From Tubiluchus corallicola (Eukaryota > Animalia > Priapulida): 64,000 nucleotides of DNA. The position numbers were made by a program, and so were the translations under genes. A model generated the notes under the pieces. It was not told the DNA's origin. It was given only the letters and a program-made list of their open reading frames with translations, and ran no database searches. Shown piece by piece: positions 24,601 through 37,497 of this stretch. Every line of letters begins with the position of its first letter. Position 1 is the first letter of the stretch. The stretch spans positions 124,001 through 188,000 of the forward strand of contig JAQGDQ010000221.1 in the NCBI GenBank assembly GCA_030141605.1, in the 5' to 3' direction.

Positions 24601-27600
24601 TGTTTTTATTAGTAATTTGTTTACTATTTGTCGTAGTTTGCTGCCCCGACAACACATTTGGACCAGACTGCAGTCCTTGTGCACAATGTATAGGAGAAGC
24701 AACGTGTAATGTGAGTATACATAGCAGTTATTTATCTTATTTTCAATGAGGTTCGTGGTTCAATTCCTGCGTTATGTGATCTTTTTTATTTCTTAGACTG
24801 TTGATTGTATGTCATTATCAATGATGAAACTAAAAATTTGTAAGACGAATGTCCAGTTTGATATCAGAGATATTTTCTATTTACTATTTACTTTATTATT
24901 TTACTGATTAGATATTTTCCATTCAGGGCGGAGGTACTCGCCAAGGTACTGGAACCTGCGTATGCAACAATGGTTACCGTGGCGACGGATGCGGGGATTG
25001 CACAGACGGATATTTCACCTTCTTGCGCAACGATACAAACACAATTTGCCATGGTATCACCGATTCTTTATTACTAGAGGCTGAAGTTTAGTCTGTTGCT
25101 ACTACATCAGCTGACTCACACCGTAAATCAGCTAGCTCAGCTGAAGTTGAGTCAGTTGCTACTACATCAGCTGACTCACACAGTAAATCAGCTAGGTCAG
25201 CTGAAGTTGAATCAGTTGCTACTACATCAGCTGAGTCACACAGTAAATCAGCTAGCTCGGCTAAAGCTGAGTCAGTTGCTACTACATCGGCTGATTCACA
25301 CAGTAAGTCAACTAGCTCGACTGAAGCTGAGTCAGTTGCTACTACATCAGCTGATTCACACAGTAAATCAGCTAGCTCGGCTGAAGCTCAGACAGTTGCT
25401 ACTACATCAACTGACTCACACAGTAAATCAACTAGCTCGACTGAAGCTGAGTCAGTTGCTACTACATCAGCTGATTCACACAGTAAATCAGCTAGCTCGG
25501 CTGAAGCTGAGACAGTTGCTACTACATCAACTGACTCACACAGTAAATCAACTAGCTCGGCTGAAGCTGAGACAGTTGCTACTACATCAACTGACTCACA
25601 CAGTAAATCAGCTAGCTCGGCTGAAGCTGAGACAGTTGCTACTACATCAACTGACTCACACAGTAAGTCAACTAGCTCGGCTGAAGTTGACTGACTTTTT
25701 AGCTGAGTTAGCCTAAAGAAAAACTCAGCTAAGTCAACCAAAGCTGCAAATTGTTTTTAACTGAACAAATGGTAAATTGTTAGCCAACTGTTAAATTATG
25801 GAGACAAATTTTTTAAAATAATTCCTGTTGCTTATACACAGAAAAAACTGATGTACAAATTTAAATAATGCATCACAGATCAATTTTTATTATTATAAAA
25901 AGTCAATGGATTTATTGAAAATATAATTTAAATCCAATTCTTGGCGAGGCTAATCTTGATTACCGACAAAACACCAAAATGATCCCATACGTGTGACTAA
26001 CGTCGACTCCCATTACTGAGCAGCCGGTTCCACTAAAGTTGGGTTTCTTATTGGCTAGGTTGACTGTAGAAATAAACCGGCTGGAACACAGCTGAAATGT
26101 AGCAGGTCTGTGCTCTATTTATTACTTTTTCTTGGAAGAAAACAAAATAGTGTCAACTGTGAGGGACAATCCTTTTTTGGCATATCAAACCCCGATCTTT
26201 TGAACTTGCCATAAGTTTAAAGGTACCGCTGTCCAGAAGCAAAATGTGACGTGCTTTTAGAACTGTTACTAATCAATCCTAAATCAGTAATATTTTCTAC
26301 TTCTCTGAAAGTAAAATGCGGTTTTGGTAGATGGGATAACAGCCATTTGACAGGAGGAGAGGTTAGGTTTATCGAAGATTCAGTTGATCGGCGATCAGTA
26401 ATTTACTTCAATCAGTCACCAGTTTATTTCTAAAAATGTTTCTCGTACTTTTAATAATCTTCAAATCTGACCCACCAGAATTATTCCATATTTAAATTTG
26501 CAAACTTTGTAACGGTAATTGTGTTATGTTAAAATACAATTTTTTACTGTGCAATCATTCTGATTCCAATTTACAATCCTCCCAGAGTATCTCATCAACG
26601 CAACAGGACGTAGATTTATAGCATATATCCGATTTCTTGCATTCAAATGCGATTTAGGCATTTTTCGGCACCTGCTAATCTCCACAGAAGAAATCAGCAT
26701 TACGGCAGCAAACTTTGATCATAATTCTTTTATATCTCATTCTAAATTTATTCTTCATGAATTTTTATTCAAATAGCCGAAACTCAAGTTATTTTTTCCT
26801 CTTCTTTCATTACTGAAAAATACAACATTTAACTATGATTTTGTATCAGTGTACTTCTATTTAATTAGTTAGCTAACTTACCTATGTTAATACAAATTAT
26901 ACCAAAAATGTTAATTATTAATATTACTATCACTGAAAATAACTTTTTGCACAAAACTTAATATCAGTTAATTTTATATGTGTGCTTGTGTATCAAAACT
27001 GTCCACAAGTCGGCATAGTTAAAACTACGTTATGATGCTTCAAATTAGAATGGCCCTATAAAACTGATCAAATATCAATTTTTCGTAATGTATAAAAACT
27101 GAAGCTAAATATTTTGGACTTTTATATTCTAGCATAAAATTATCAGAAAAGTGTTCAAAAACACCAAAAACTTAATTTTATAACACCATACCCACTTTTG
27201 TGTTTAGAGACTAGTACTGCAATTGTTAAAAAACTATTTTCAAATTCCGATGATAGATCGTGGAAGCTGTCAGTTTGCTTGGGTTTTTTTCTGTTGCCGA
27301 GCCCAGATCTCATCAGGAAGAGCCATCTACTGGATTTAATCATAACTTCAATGTGCTCTTGCAAAGTCCGTAGCAACCAACATTTGTACGGTTGCTAAAT
27401 GTTTAGTAGAAACACGACAAAAAACAATGTCTAACTTAATTTTCTCATGATTGTTTTTCATTGTGCAGCCTGCACCTCAACTTCAACGTGGATTATCTCA
27501 GCTTAGAAATGTAATAGAGCAATGAGCTTGGTATCAAAATGATCATCATGAAATAGAGATTCAGGATACATGAATAATTAGAAAAAGTTAATTGCCGACT

Positions 27601-30600
27601 TATGGGAGATTTTGCTACACGCACATGTATGAACTATTTGATATGTATGTTTTGTATTGTGTTTTGCCAATGTACGGCATATGTGTTTATTTACGTGTTT
27701 CAGAGTGTCATGTATCATGCAAGCTGACATGTCGGAACGAGACACCCTTAGGATGTGATGAATGTAAGGAGGGATGGAGTTTTTCTGAAGAAAGTGGTTG
27801 TGAAGGTATGGTATATTATTATTACTTATAAGTAGCCATTGTCTTAGGACCACAATCGGTACCTGCGGATTAGTTGTAAGACATCTTGGATGCAAGTCTA
27901 ACCTGTATGTTTAAGCGGTGCGTGGTAAATACAATAAAATACTTGTTTCCATCTAATCGCCCGTGTAATATTTTTTTATCGTGCACATTGGTCTCAGGTC
28001 TATTATAGTTTTAAGGAGAAATTCCTGTTAAAAGATGAAATGACCTCAATTTCTCCTTGGCTGGTCTGTTGGTTTTTCCTGGAAATCTGTACAGCAGACA
28101 GTTCTCTGGGCTCTAGCAGGCAGGCAATCAATGTATTAGTGTTTTCAATCATGCAAGTGTATATCAGACTAAGCTACTCAATAGGCTAAATTGGTGTGCC
28201 TGAAAAGGGCGTGTTTTTCTTAATTTTATCCAATTAAATTACTTATAAACGTTTCAACAATGATCGTAACTGTATAGCCGAGATTCTCCTGAGTAGATCA
28301 GTTCCAAATTTGTAATCATTTAGTCATGTCTGTGTTCATAGAGTAGGAAAGATGTCATAGGTCTCATAAGACCTATTTGGAATGGTGTGGTCCTGAAGGA
28401 GTTAATGGTAAACAAACCAGATAGTGTTCTACTTTGCATGGGCTTTGCAGTGTATAGATTGCAGAAACCAGACAGTTTGGTCTAGTTGTAATGCATTTGC
28501 TCTCCGTCTGGGAGGTCTTGAGTTCGATACAGCGGCCGTCTAATACCCTAAACTTTGAAAACCTGTGGATGTTGTTTCATTCGGCCCAAAACCACTACGG
28601 AGTTTATGTTAATTGTTGTCCGAAAAAGCCAACTTTAAATAAAGGTCATTATTATTATTATTATTATTATTTCATAAAAACATTTTCTTTTTTCAATTTC
28701 AAGATATCGATGAGTGCAGTTCTAGTCCATGTGAGGGCAGCACATACTGTAACAACACAGCTGGTAGTTACGCGTGCCCGGCGTGTCATCAAGCGTGTCG
28801 ACAGTGTTTCGGTCCTGGTGATACTAGCTGCTCAGTATGCAACGACGGTTACAAAATGGAGGACGGTCGCTGCTTAGGTGAGTGCGTTAGGCAATGATTG
28901 CAATGTAGTCTTGCCAACTTTCCCACAAGCACATCCGCATGTCGACGTGCTTGCTGGTCCTATTTACTTGTTTCTGTTTTTATAATTACATGTGTATTTA
29001 TAGTATTTAAAGTAGTGTTGGGCGATTTTGAACTTTTGTAATTCGATTGTAATCTTGTTCTTGTAAATCGATATCATGATTAATGTTTTGCGACAATTTT
29101 TTAGTGTTTTAGCTATATTTTTCTATGATTGCAATGAAATACAACCTACAACATCTTCACATCTTCATCATTGCCCGCCAATTTTGTACTAGGTAACTAT
29201 TTTATAGGCACATACCTTCTTTTTCGTTAACTACTCTATGACTACGTCACTACATGTGTCACGTGTCAATGAATTTGGAGCCCAAAGTTTGCAACACTGG
29301 TTCACAATTGTGTGCATTGTGGAAGATGAGAAAAATGAAGGAAAAACGCAAATGTTCAGTTTATTTGTGCTAACATACTTCATTTTAGCCAGTGTGTAAT
29401 ACGTGTATTTTGCTATCAATCAACCTCGATTTATTGAATTACTGTTCTATAGCTGATTATATCGATTGATGCACGGTTGCAATCTCGATTAATCTGTTAA
29501 TCGCCCATCACTTATTTAAAGCATAGAAAATTACCTCTTTTAAAGATTGTTTTGCTACAGTAACACACATTCCAGGTTAGCGGATGTTTTCTGCATTTAT
29601 GTCTAAATTTTATTTGTAGTTAAAAAGAAAAATTTGTCTAAAATGTGTCAGCTGGAAACATTTAGGAAAACATCAGTTTACTTGTACATGTATATGCGAT
29701 TCCTAGAAATCCGTTGTTATTTGCGTGATGGGAGAGACTGGCAGAATCAGTAGACATGCTTTTCTACTAAACAATTCTATCAGTTTATTTTAGATTAGCT
29801 ACAAAATGGCACACACCAGCCAAACTTTCCAATCTATTTCATGTGATGCATTTAAAAGTAAATTGAGCCGAACTAATGGAGACCGAAGGATTATAGTTTT
29901 TTTTATTTCTGCAAAATAGTAAATATTTGAACGACAAACAAAATGATTGATTTTATATCAATTAGCATTTCTTTATTAAAGGAAAACCGGACGATTGTGT
30001 AGACATTAGTTCAGAATAAAGAATGCTCTAAAATATTGAAAACCAGTAAAGCTTTTTTTAAATCAAAGCTTAGATTAAATAATAATTACCTCGGATACTT
30101 GAATTTCGTTAAACTTTCAAAGCTACGCCCGGCTTAGTGAATCTACTAAGATTGGCAAAGGTGCCTATTCGTCACATGCGCATGGCCGACAAAAAGAAGG
30201 TGGCACCGTGATAACCATGATCATGAACTGCAGTGTTAGTTTCTGACGCCATATGACATAGAGCCCATTTTCGTGACATCGCTCGTTTAAGCTGTAACAC
30301 TTACACAAACATGCTTGATGCATAAGGGAAGATGCCTGCCATTGCACAAACTGTGGTTAGTTCTGGCTTAAGCAATAGCTGTGTTCAGTTGCTGTTAATT
30401 AACTTTCTAAGCTAATTATTCAAATATAAGAGACAATTGCTAACTTTTATAGGCAAGAGAATGTACATTTTGGACAATAAATTAAAATGTGATTGAGTCT
30501 AAACAATCGTCCTGTTTTCCTTTAATCTAAACAGTTGTTAATAAGTAATTAGTTATTTTTGATTGAGTAAAATAACCTAAGAAATGCTGAGTTGATCGAC

Positions 30601-33600
30601 AAGCTGCAAAGTTTGTATTAGAACCAAACCTATCACAATCGTTAGGCTTTTACAGTCTAGCTGCTTTGTTATTCACCTTATAACAAAGAAGTCCCTGGCT
30701 CAAACCCTGGTTGTGTTCCGACTTTTTCGTGTTTCCTTTCTTTTAAGTAAGTTTGAATAAGAAATATAACAATTATGTGTTTATTCCATCAACGAAATTA
30801 TACTTTTAATTACAGAAATGTTTAACATGGAATATGTTATTCTTTTTTTATTCAGACATTGACGAATGTACACAAGAAGATGTTTGTGCCGGACCCAATG
30901 AAGAATGCATTAATACTGTCGGCTCGTTCACATGCAAGTGCCAGAAGGGCTTTTTGCGCAAAGATCAGATCTGCATACACAGAACCGATGGTAAAATTAT
31001 TGAATTTTCATTCCATGGGCATATTTCTTAGAGAAATTTGCAGTACTTTTTAGGCATTTCCCGAACGAACTTACTCTTAAAGTGGGGATCTGTGTCTGCC
31101 CGGTGTCCGGTCATTCTTTCTCTCGTATTTCTGCAACGAATGACCTAACAGATGCAAAACATTGGTGAATCACTTCTTGGGACTGGCCACATGACCGCCA
31201 GCAATAAAATCCTCAGTTTTTGGCGTCTGTCTTAGTTAATTAGTCAAAAGTTCATTAAGAGGCAATTAATTTTCAAACACTTAAAGCACAAAAAAAACCT
31301 CCACTTACATAAAGCTTAAAAAATTCATCTTGAAATTTTATACCACTTACGTACTGCCTTTTTGCATGCAAGGCTTGCGTCAGCAGTAATGCTGAATAAA
31401 ACCTGTAAATTTAAACTCTCGCAATGACCTTTAGGTCCAGCCATTTTTGTGGTAGGTCGTTTGAAACAAGTTTAGATAACGCTGCGTAATTTGAAACAAG
31501 TTTAGATAACACTGCGTAAGTTTGTCACTAACTAAGTCAAATTTTAATTACTGTATCTTGTCAATAAGATTAAAGTATAATATAGATTTGCATGGAAAAT
31601 TTTTTGGGACATAATTTAACATTGCATTTTCTTCCCCTGATTTACATTTGTGTAATGACGTCATGTAATGGCGCCGTCGGAACAGTATTGCGGGAGATTT
31701 AAAATGAAAATATACAAAAAATCCTTTTAACGCAAATGCAAAATATGCATAAAATTGCTATAAACTAATGTAATTTTATGGTGATACACTAATATAATTT
31801 TTATGGTGATTTTTCTGAAACCTACTTCATGTACCCATTTTCTTGTCTTTTACAGTAGCTAATTCACTACATTAGAAACATTTTCCAATCGGTTGTCTGA
31901 GCGATTTTTGTCATGTCTTGCCCGCAAAAAGTGACAATCGATGTTAAAGGGAAATTCAAAGATTCTGAGAATTTGGGCTTATTTCAATGTTCGCAAAAAA
32001 TGTTAGAGGGATTTAGCAAAAATAATAAATTTAACAATAAGCATCTAGTGTAATAAGTAAAATCACTTTAAAGTCATGATCATTTCATGTTTGGGCAACT
32101 CCCATTTTGACGTCATTCTTCCTGAAGAAAAGTAGCACACAGCACTGTCAATTTCCGTCAAAAGTATAATTGGCTTTTACTTATAGATAACAAATTTCAT
32201 GATATTTTTGTTTGATCATTAGGAAGCTGCAAAAGTTTTAATTAGTTTAAACAGCTGCTTAAACACGTGATGTAACGAAACTGGGCTCTATGTTAAATGA
32301 CGTCAGAAACTAACACTGCAGTTCATGATCATAGTTATCACGGTACCGCCTTCTATTTGTCCTCTACGTGGATGTGACAAAAAGGCGCCGTTACCAATCG
32401 TAGTAGATTCACAGAGCCGCGCGTAGCTTTGAAAGTTTAACAAAATTTGAGTATCCGAGGTAATTCTTATTTAACCTAAACTTTGATTTAAAAGAAGCAA
32501 TTGTAGTTTTAAATATTTTGATCATTCTTTATTCCGAACTAATGTTTACACAATCGTCCGGTTTTCCTTCAGTGAATGAGTCTGTGATAATTCGGAAGAT
32601 AATCAAATACTATTAAGAAATAAAAACAATTTTTCATTTTATACTAATGTTGACTGCAAAGGTTTTAAAGATGACAGACGTTAAAATGTTTGTTAAGTTA
32701 CATTAATGTCGTTGGCATACATAGCAATCAGGTAGATTACATGAGTCATTATCAGATGATAGATAATCCTCTTTTAATTCTTTAACTATGCAGCTTAAAC
32801 CCGTAATTTTTACTGTTAACTCCTTCAGGACCGCATAATTCCAAATAGGTCCTGTAAGACTTATGATTTTTCTGCTACTGTATGAGTACAGATATAGCTA
32901 AATGATTACAAATTAGGTACTGTTCTATTCAGGAGAATTTCGGCTATCCAATCATGCTGTTTGTTTATACATTTATAAGTTATTTAATTTAGATAAAATT
33001 AAGAAAACATGCCCGTTTCAGACACTCCAACTTAGTTTATTAAGCAGCTTAGTCTGGATTACACTTGCGCGATCGTACACACTAATTTATTTATCGTCTG
33101 CTTGCTGCAGCCCAAGTGAACTGTCTACTGTACAGAGCTCCAGGAAAAGCCAACCAATCAGCCACGTAGAAATTAAGGTCGCTTCATCTTTTAACAGGAA
33201 TTTATCCTTAAAAATAGAGTAGACTTGAGGATCTGATGTACCGGAGTGTTGAGTCTGGATAGTTGAAATTTTCTGCATTAGCCAATTTCACGCAAGTGAT
33301 ATTTTACATTGTTACAGTGCAAACACTGCAGCAGTTACTGAAAGCTTTTTTCCAATTTTTTCGTCAAAAACGATTTTTAATTCGTCTAAGATAAACAAAT
33401 GCATTTCATACATAATTTTGCATGAAAATCCATTGTGTGAGGAGTAGAAATCTGCAAAAATTATCCAATATAATGTAATCACTGTTTAGTGAGAGCAGTT
33501 TTTCATGAACCCATACAAAATGCAGCGAACGCATATAGTCCTGAAGGAGTTAAAGGAAGACAGGATGATTTTAATTTAAATTTAATTTTAACCTAAATTT

Positions 33601-33963
33601 AAATGTCGTATTAGTTGCAATAATTATTGCATGGATATGTTTAATTTGCGAGTAATTTTTGGCATTTCTATACCAATACTCGCGCGGGCTGTGTGTTTTT
33701 TACCCAACTCTGTTTATTTTTCACTTCTAGCTGACGAGATGTACAAGAAGGCGGAGCTGAAGAAGAAGAAGAAAGGTGAGAACCTACCAAGTAATACAGG
33801 GTTGTATCTCGGTTATGCAGGCCTGGTTCTAGCCGGATTCATGGTGTTCAAAACCGAAAATAAAATCCTGGGAATTGTTGCAATTCTTGTTGCATCGTCG
33901 GCTGCCCTCGCGAGCATCTACACAAAAGAAATCACCGATTTATTAGATAAAATAATGAGCTGA
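21624..33963 (+). CDS. CRELD1: Cysteine-rich with EGF-like domains protein (CRELD), membrane isoform; exons 21624-21773, 23099-23248, 24258-24366, 24637-24710, 24927-25053, 27704-27805, 28704-28877, 30856-30990, 33731-33963 (~417 aa)
   Basis: Signal peptide, CxxC (CEIC), WE domain (NFGGGDVDWEEKKLGSYKNSETRLVEVLEHVC; HEETIEHWWF; FQWLC; VCCP..TFGPDC), laminin-EGF/furin-like repeats, two DIDEC calcium-binding EGF domains and two C-terminal hydrophobic helices. GT-AG boundaries keep the frame (1254 nt). Confidence 0.92.
22466..23056. mobile_element. piggyBac-like MITE (inverted copy at 44267-44873)
   Basis: TTAA|CCTTTTCGCT…AGTGAAAGGG|TTAA; interior is the reverse complement of 44267-44873. Confidence 0.75.
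25078..25700. repeat. 60-bp minisatellite (~10 copies) in CRELD intron 5
   Basis: Unit CTGAAGCTGAGTCAGTTGCTACTACATCAGCTGACTCACACAGTAAATCAGCTAGCTCGG aligns line over line. Confidence 0.95.
26979..27625. mobile_element. MITE family B copy
   Basis: TGTGTGCTTG…AAGTCGGCATAG start and TGCCGACTTATGG…CGCACA end; inverted relative to 9351-9978. Confidence 0.7.
29013..29513. mobile_element. hAT-like MITE, same family as 3431-3902
   Basis: TIR TAGTGTTGGGCGAT…ATCGCCCATCACT; exact 8-bp TSD atttaaag on both sides. Confidence 0.8.
29980..30521. mobile_element. Kolobok-like TTAA MITE, family A
   Basis: TTAA|AGGAAAACCGGACGATTGT…ACAATCGTCCTGTTTTCCT|TTAA; colinear with 4564-5099. Confidence 0.78.
31948..32568. 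mobile_element. Chimeric Kolobok-like MITE
   Basis: TTAA|AGGG left end with an interior like 40299-40761 (CGTCATTC..TGAAGAAAAGTAGC); right half matches family A and ends ACAATCGTCCGGTTTTCCT. Confidence 0.6.
32820..33549. mobile_element. piggyBac-like MITE, second family (partial inverted copy ~28010-28401)
   Basis: TTAA|CTCCTTCAGGAC…GTCCTGAAGGAG|TTAA. Confidence 0.75.
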
Positions 33964-35088
33964 TGAAAGATTTGAACCGTATAGTTAATCAATAATTTAC
34001 TGATAATCAATTGTGCTCAATAATCATTAACCTGTAATAGGCTAATCATGCTGTTCACATATGAATTTATGAAATGGCAAAAGTGAAACAGAAAATGCAC
34101 AAGCAACTATTAAATTAATGCATTTTTCTCTTCTTGTGGTTTACAATGCAAACGATAGCTTTACACATTACACAATTAATAAATAAAAATCACATGGTTT
34201 ATCGATTTATTTTAGCATTTAGCAATCCTAAAACTTTTGATCGATTAAATATGTTCAACGTTTATTCACAACGTTCAAAGTCTGCAAACAATAACTCTCT
34301 GTGTATCGTGATACGTATCATATTGTGTGGTTAGTATCATGATATATATCAGTTCATGGCCTAGGTGTATCATTGCAGCCCTAATCACGAGGCTATGAAA
34401 ATTGAACCAGTCTTCCTATATCAGCTGATGTAATTAAAAACGTATCTTTGACGCACCATAAGGACTTGTTGATTGGGTTATCTATGAGCAATAAATAATT
34501 TTTTTCTTTTTTTAATCCTCGTTTTTTGGTTTTCAGTGTTGGAAAAATGTGAAAGATACTCACTGAAAAATATGATATTGAGAAAATCGCTGTTAAAGTT
34601 AGCCATTGTTTTTTGTCACACTTCTACAAAATACTTAGCACAAAACACAAGTTATGTTTAAACGAAGATGACAAAGATTTATGAAATTTGGCATTATGAA
34701 ATTAGATTTTTAGTATTTTTTGAACATTTTCTTGATAATTTGTTGCTAAAATATTAAAGTTCAATATGTTTGGCATTCGTTTTTATAAAAAAAAGAAATT
34801 GACATTTGACCAAATTTGTGGTGCATTCTACTTTGATGCACCGCAACGTAGTTTTAACTATGCCGACTTACAGACGGTTTTGGTTTGTAAGCACATGCTA
34901 TCGTGCGGTTTATTGTGTGTGGTGATGGTTTTGACATGTGGTACACTGTGAAGGTGTTTGGTGGTATGGCTTTTACTATAACGACTCTGAAATTAACAGC
35001 ACGAAATCTGCTTCTGTCTCTTTGTCACTTTGTCGGCTCTCTAATGAAGCCATGTTCAAACATGGCGTTTTGTGGCAGCAGCTGCAGA

Positions 35089-35491
35089 TAGGGTTGAGCA
35101 TTCTCTACCAGAAAGCGAATTCGAATTGAATTTGTGACGTTCGAATTCAAATCAAACCGAACTACCGTATTTCGAATTCGAATCGAGATTGAAAGATTTT
35201 TGAACAAATTTTCAAAACACCAGTAAAAATTAGTCTTTCAAAGATCATGCATATTACTTGATTTTGTTCTGCAGTAAAACCACTAATAATTTGCTTAAAA
35301 TTTTACACAAGAATCACACCTATTTATGCTAAACTACTACTCAAAGTACTAATTGCATGATGTTTCAATCGTTTTAATGATAAAGGATGTACGTGGTTGA
35401 AGTGCTGAATTATTCGAATCTATAATTTTAGGTTCGAATTGAATTCGAACTAAAAAAACTGGTTCAAATCGAACTTGAATGCTCACCCTTA
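35089..35491. mobile_element. hAT-like TTCGAA-rich MITE (copies 37119-37497 inverted and ~13070-13900 interrupted)
   Basis: TAGGGTTGAGCATTC…GAATGCTCACCCTTA with many TTCGAA subterminal motifs. Confidence 0.7.
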
Positions 35492-35626
35492 GATGCAATT
35501 ATTCGGTTCGTCCTTGACAAAATCGTGCAGCTTTTTATATCAAGGCTTCTTCATGCCTTCAACTAGTGGGAACTTGTACGGAACACATTAACATCTTTTC
35601 AAAGTGCTACTTTTCATTAATTTCAG

Positions 35627-35784
35627 AGTCAAAGAATGGTGATGGTGATGATGGCGGTGATGATGATGAAGATGATAGTGATGGTGGCGACGACGATGTG
35701 GATGATGGAGATGACAACAGCAAGAGGGGTGATGACAACAATGCGCTTAAAGACGTTCTTCCATTACTACGTTCAGAGCTTTAA
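35627..35784 (+). CDS. CRELD2: Alternative terminal exon of CRELD giving a soluble isoform (~392 aa) with an acidic tail ending RSEL* (CRELD2-like)
   Basis: TTTCAG acceptor at 35626, phase 1 like the donor at 30990. Reads ESKNGDGDDGGDDDEDDSDGG...LKDVLPLLRSEL*, a KDEL-like ER-retrieval end. Confidence 0.8.
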
Positions 35785-37118
35785 TAGTGGGTTTATATAG
35801 CAATACGTAGTGACTTAATTTATTATTGTTCTGCATTGCACAAACGTTTTACATTAAAGGTGTACTTTGTCTCTTTAAGCCCCCAAAATGGTGCAACATT
35901 AGCGAAAGTGACTGCACGTCACAGGATGTCTCCCTAATTCAACACATTAAAAACACGCCTAAATATTTCACAGTTTTTCCGCAAGTAGCGTCTTTTTGAG
36001 TTAAACGAAGGTTGTAGTTTCCATGTTTTACCAGCAGAGGGTGCTGGCTTTTAAAGACCATTTGTCTGTGCAGATACATTCCGGTAGTGTAGTGCAGTAT
36101 GGCATAGGTCTAACGTTCTGCAGCCCCCTAGAAATTTATCCCAAATTTATTTTATTATTTCTGTACTTATCCATGTACAGCAATTTCACCTGCAGTATAA
36201 CATCATTATAGCGAACACGGTTTATTACATGCACATCGGTAATGAGAACTCACTAAAAGGAATAAACTTTCATGATTCACTTAACGACGCCAATGCGATT
36301 CACCAAAACGTGACGTTAAGTGAAACTTCATTAAATGAAACAAAACTTCCATAGAAAGTACTGTAAAAGAATTGAGATGTGTTCCAGAGGCAAAACGAGC
36401 TTCTTTATAGTTTCAACTAATTAATTTCTTGCTGCTTGCCTGAAGTCGCCTATCTTCGTTACCAATACGTACCTAGTTAGCCGTTTCTCTTAAAGTTTAA
36501 GCCTAGGCAGCCATTAAACAATAAACACTGCAGAGTCAAAGCCAAGCACTGCATGAGGCGACCTCGGAAATTTTGTCTTACCAGAGCGCTGTTCTATTTA
36601 CTATGTAATCTGGTTGCTATAGGAACAGGTTGCAGGTAGAATTCCTTCGCACAAAGTTTTTTAACAGATCTCGTTTGATAGAAACGGCATGTAATATAGT
36701 AGTCAGAAAAACATGTATAATTGCACTGCTTACATTACTAATGCACTTTTAAAACACGATGCAATATGTGCCATTTTAATGCTTCAAATTGAGTAAAAAA
36801 GTTGTTAATAAAATGAAAATTAGCTTCCAGCAAGGTAAAAAAAATTGTCGTTAAAATGAAACTGCGTCGTTAAGTGAAAAAAGGTGTCAAATGTTCATTG
36901 TTGTTAAAACGAAACATCGCTAAAAACGGGGAGTCGTTGAGCGAGGATTTACTGTATGCTGTCTTTGAATACAGCGTACTCTGTTATTGCACATTGCGGA
37001 CTTTTATCGGGCCACGTTTTCCATATTATTATGTATTAATAAATTTTACCTTTGCTTACAGTTAAAAAAACACGTCATTCCTAGAACTGCAAAAACTTGT
37101 TGGTTATGCACTGTACAG

Positions 37119-37497
37119 TAGGAGTGAGCAGCGAACGTACGAATTCGTTTCGAACAAGTTTTTTTTAATTCGAATTGGATTCGAAGCTGAAATTATAGAT
37201 TTGAATAATTCAGCACTTCAACCCCATACGTTCTTTTGTCATTAAAACGTTTTAAACATCACGCAATTAGCACAATTTGGTAGCGATTTCTGTGCATGAT
37301 ATTTAAACCAATTATTAGAGGTTTTATATTGCAGAACAAAATCTTTGTAAAATTGCTTTTTACTGAGGGTTTGAAAACTTGTTCGAAGATCTTTCAAATT
37401 CAATTCGAATTCGAAATACTGAAATTCGGTTAGATTCGAATTCGAAAGTCACAAATTCGATTCGAATTTGATTTCTGGTAGCGAATGCTCACCGCTA
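37119..37497. mobile_element. hAT-like TTCGAA-rich MITE
   Basis: TAGGAGTGAGCA…TGCTCACCGCTA; 8-bp TSD ctgtacag/ctatacag. Confidence 0.72.

Noticed and set aside
25096-25741. 206-aa and 117-aa repeat ORFs (LLHQLTHTVNQLARLKL…)
   Set aside because: Translations of a 60-bp minisatellite inside a CRELD intron; no credible start or splice context.
28491-28877. 128-aa ORF as a separate gene
   Set aside because: Off-frame reading across the real CRELD exon 28704-28877.
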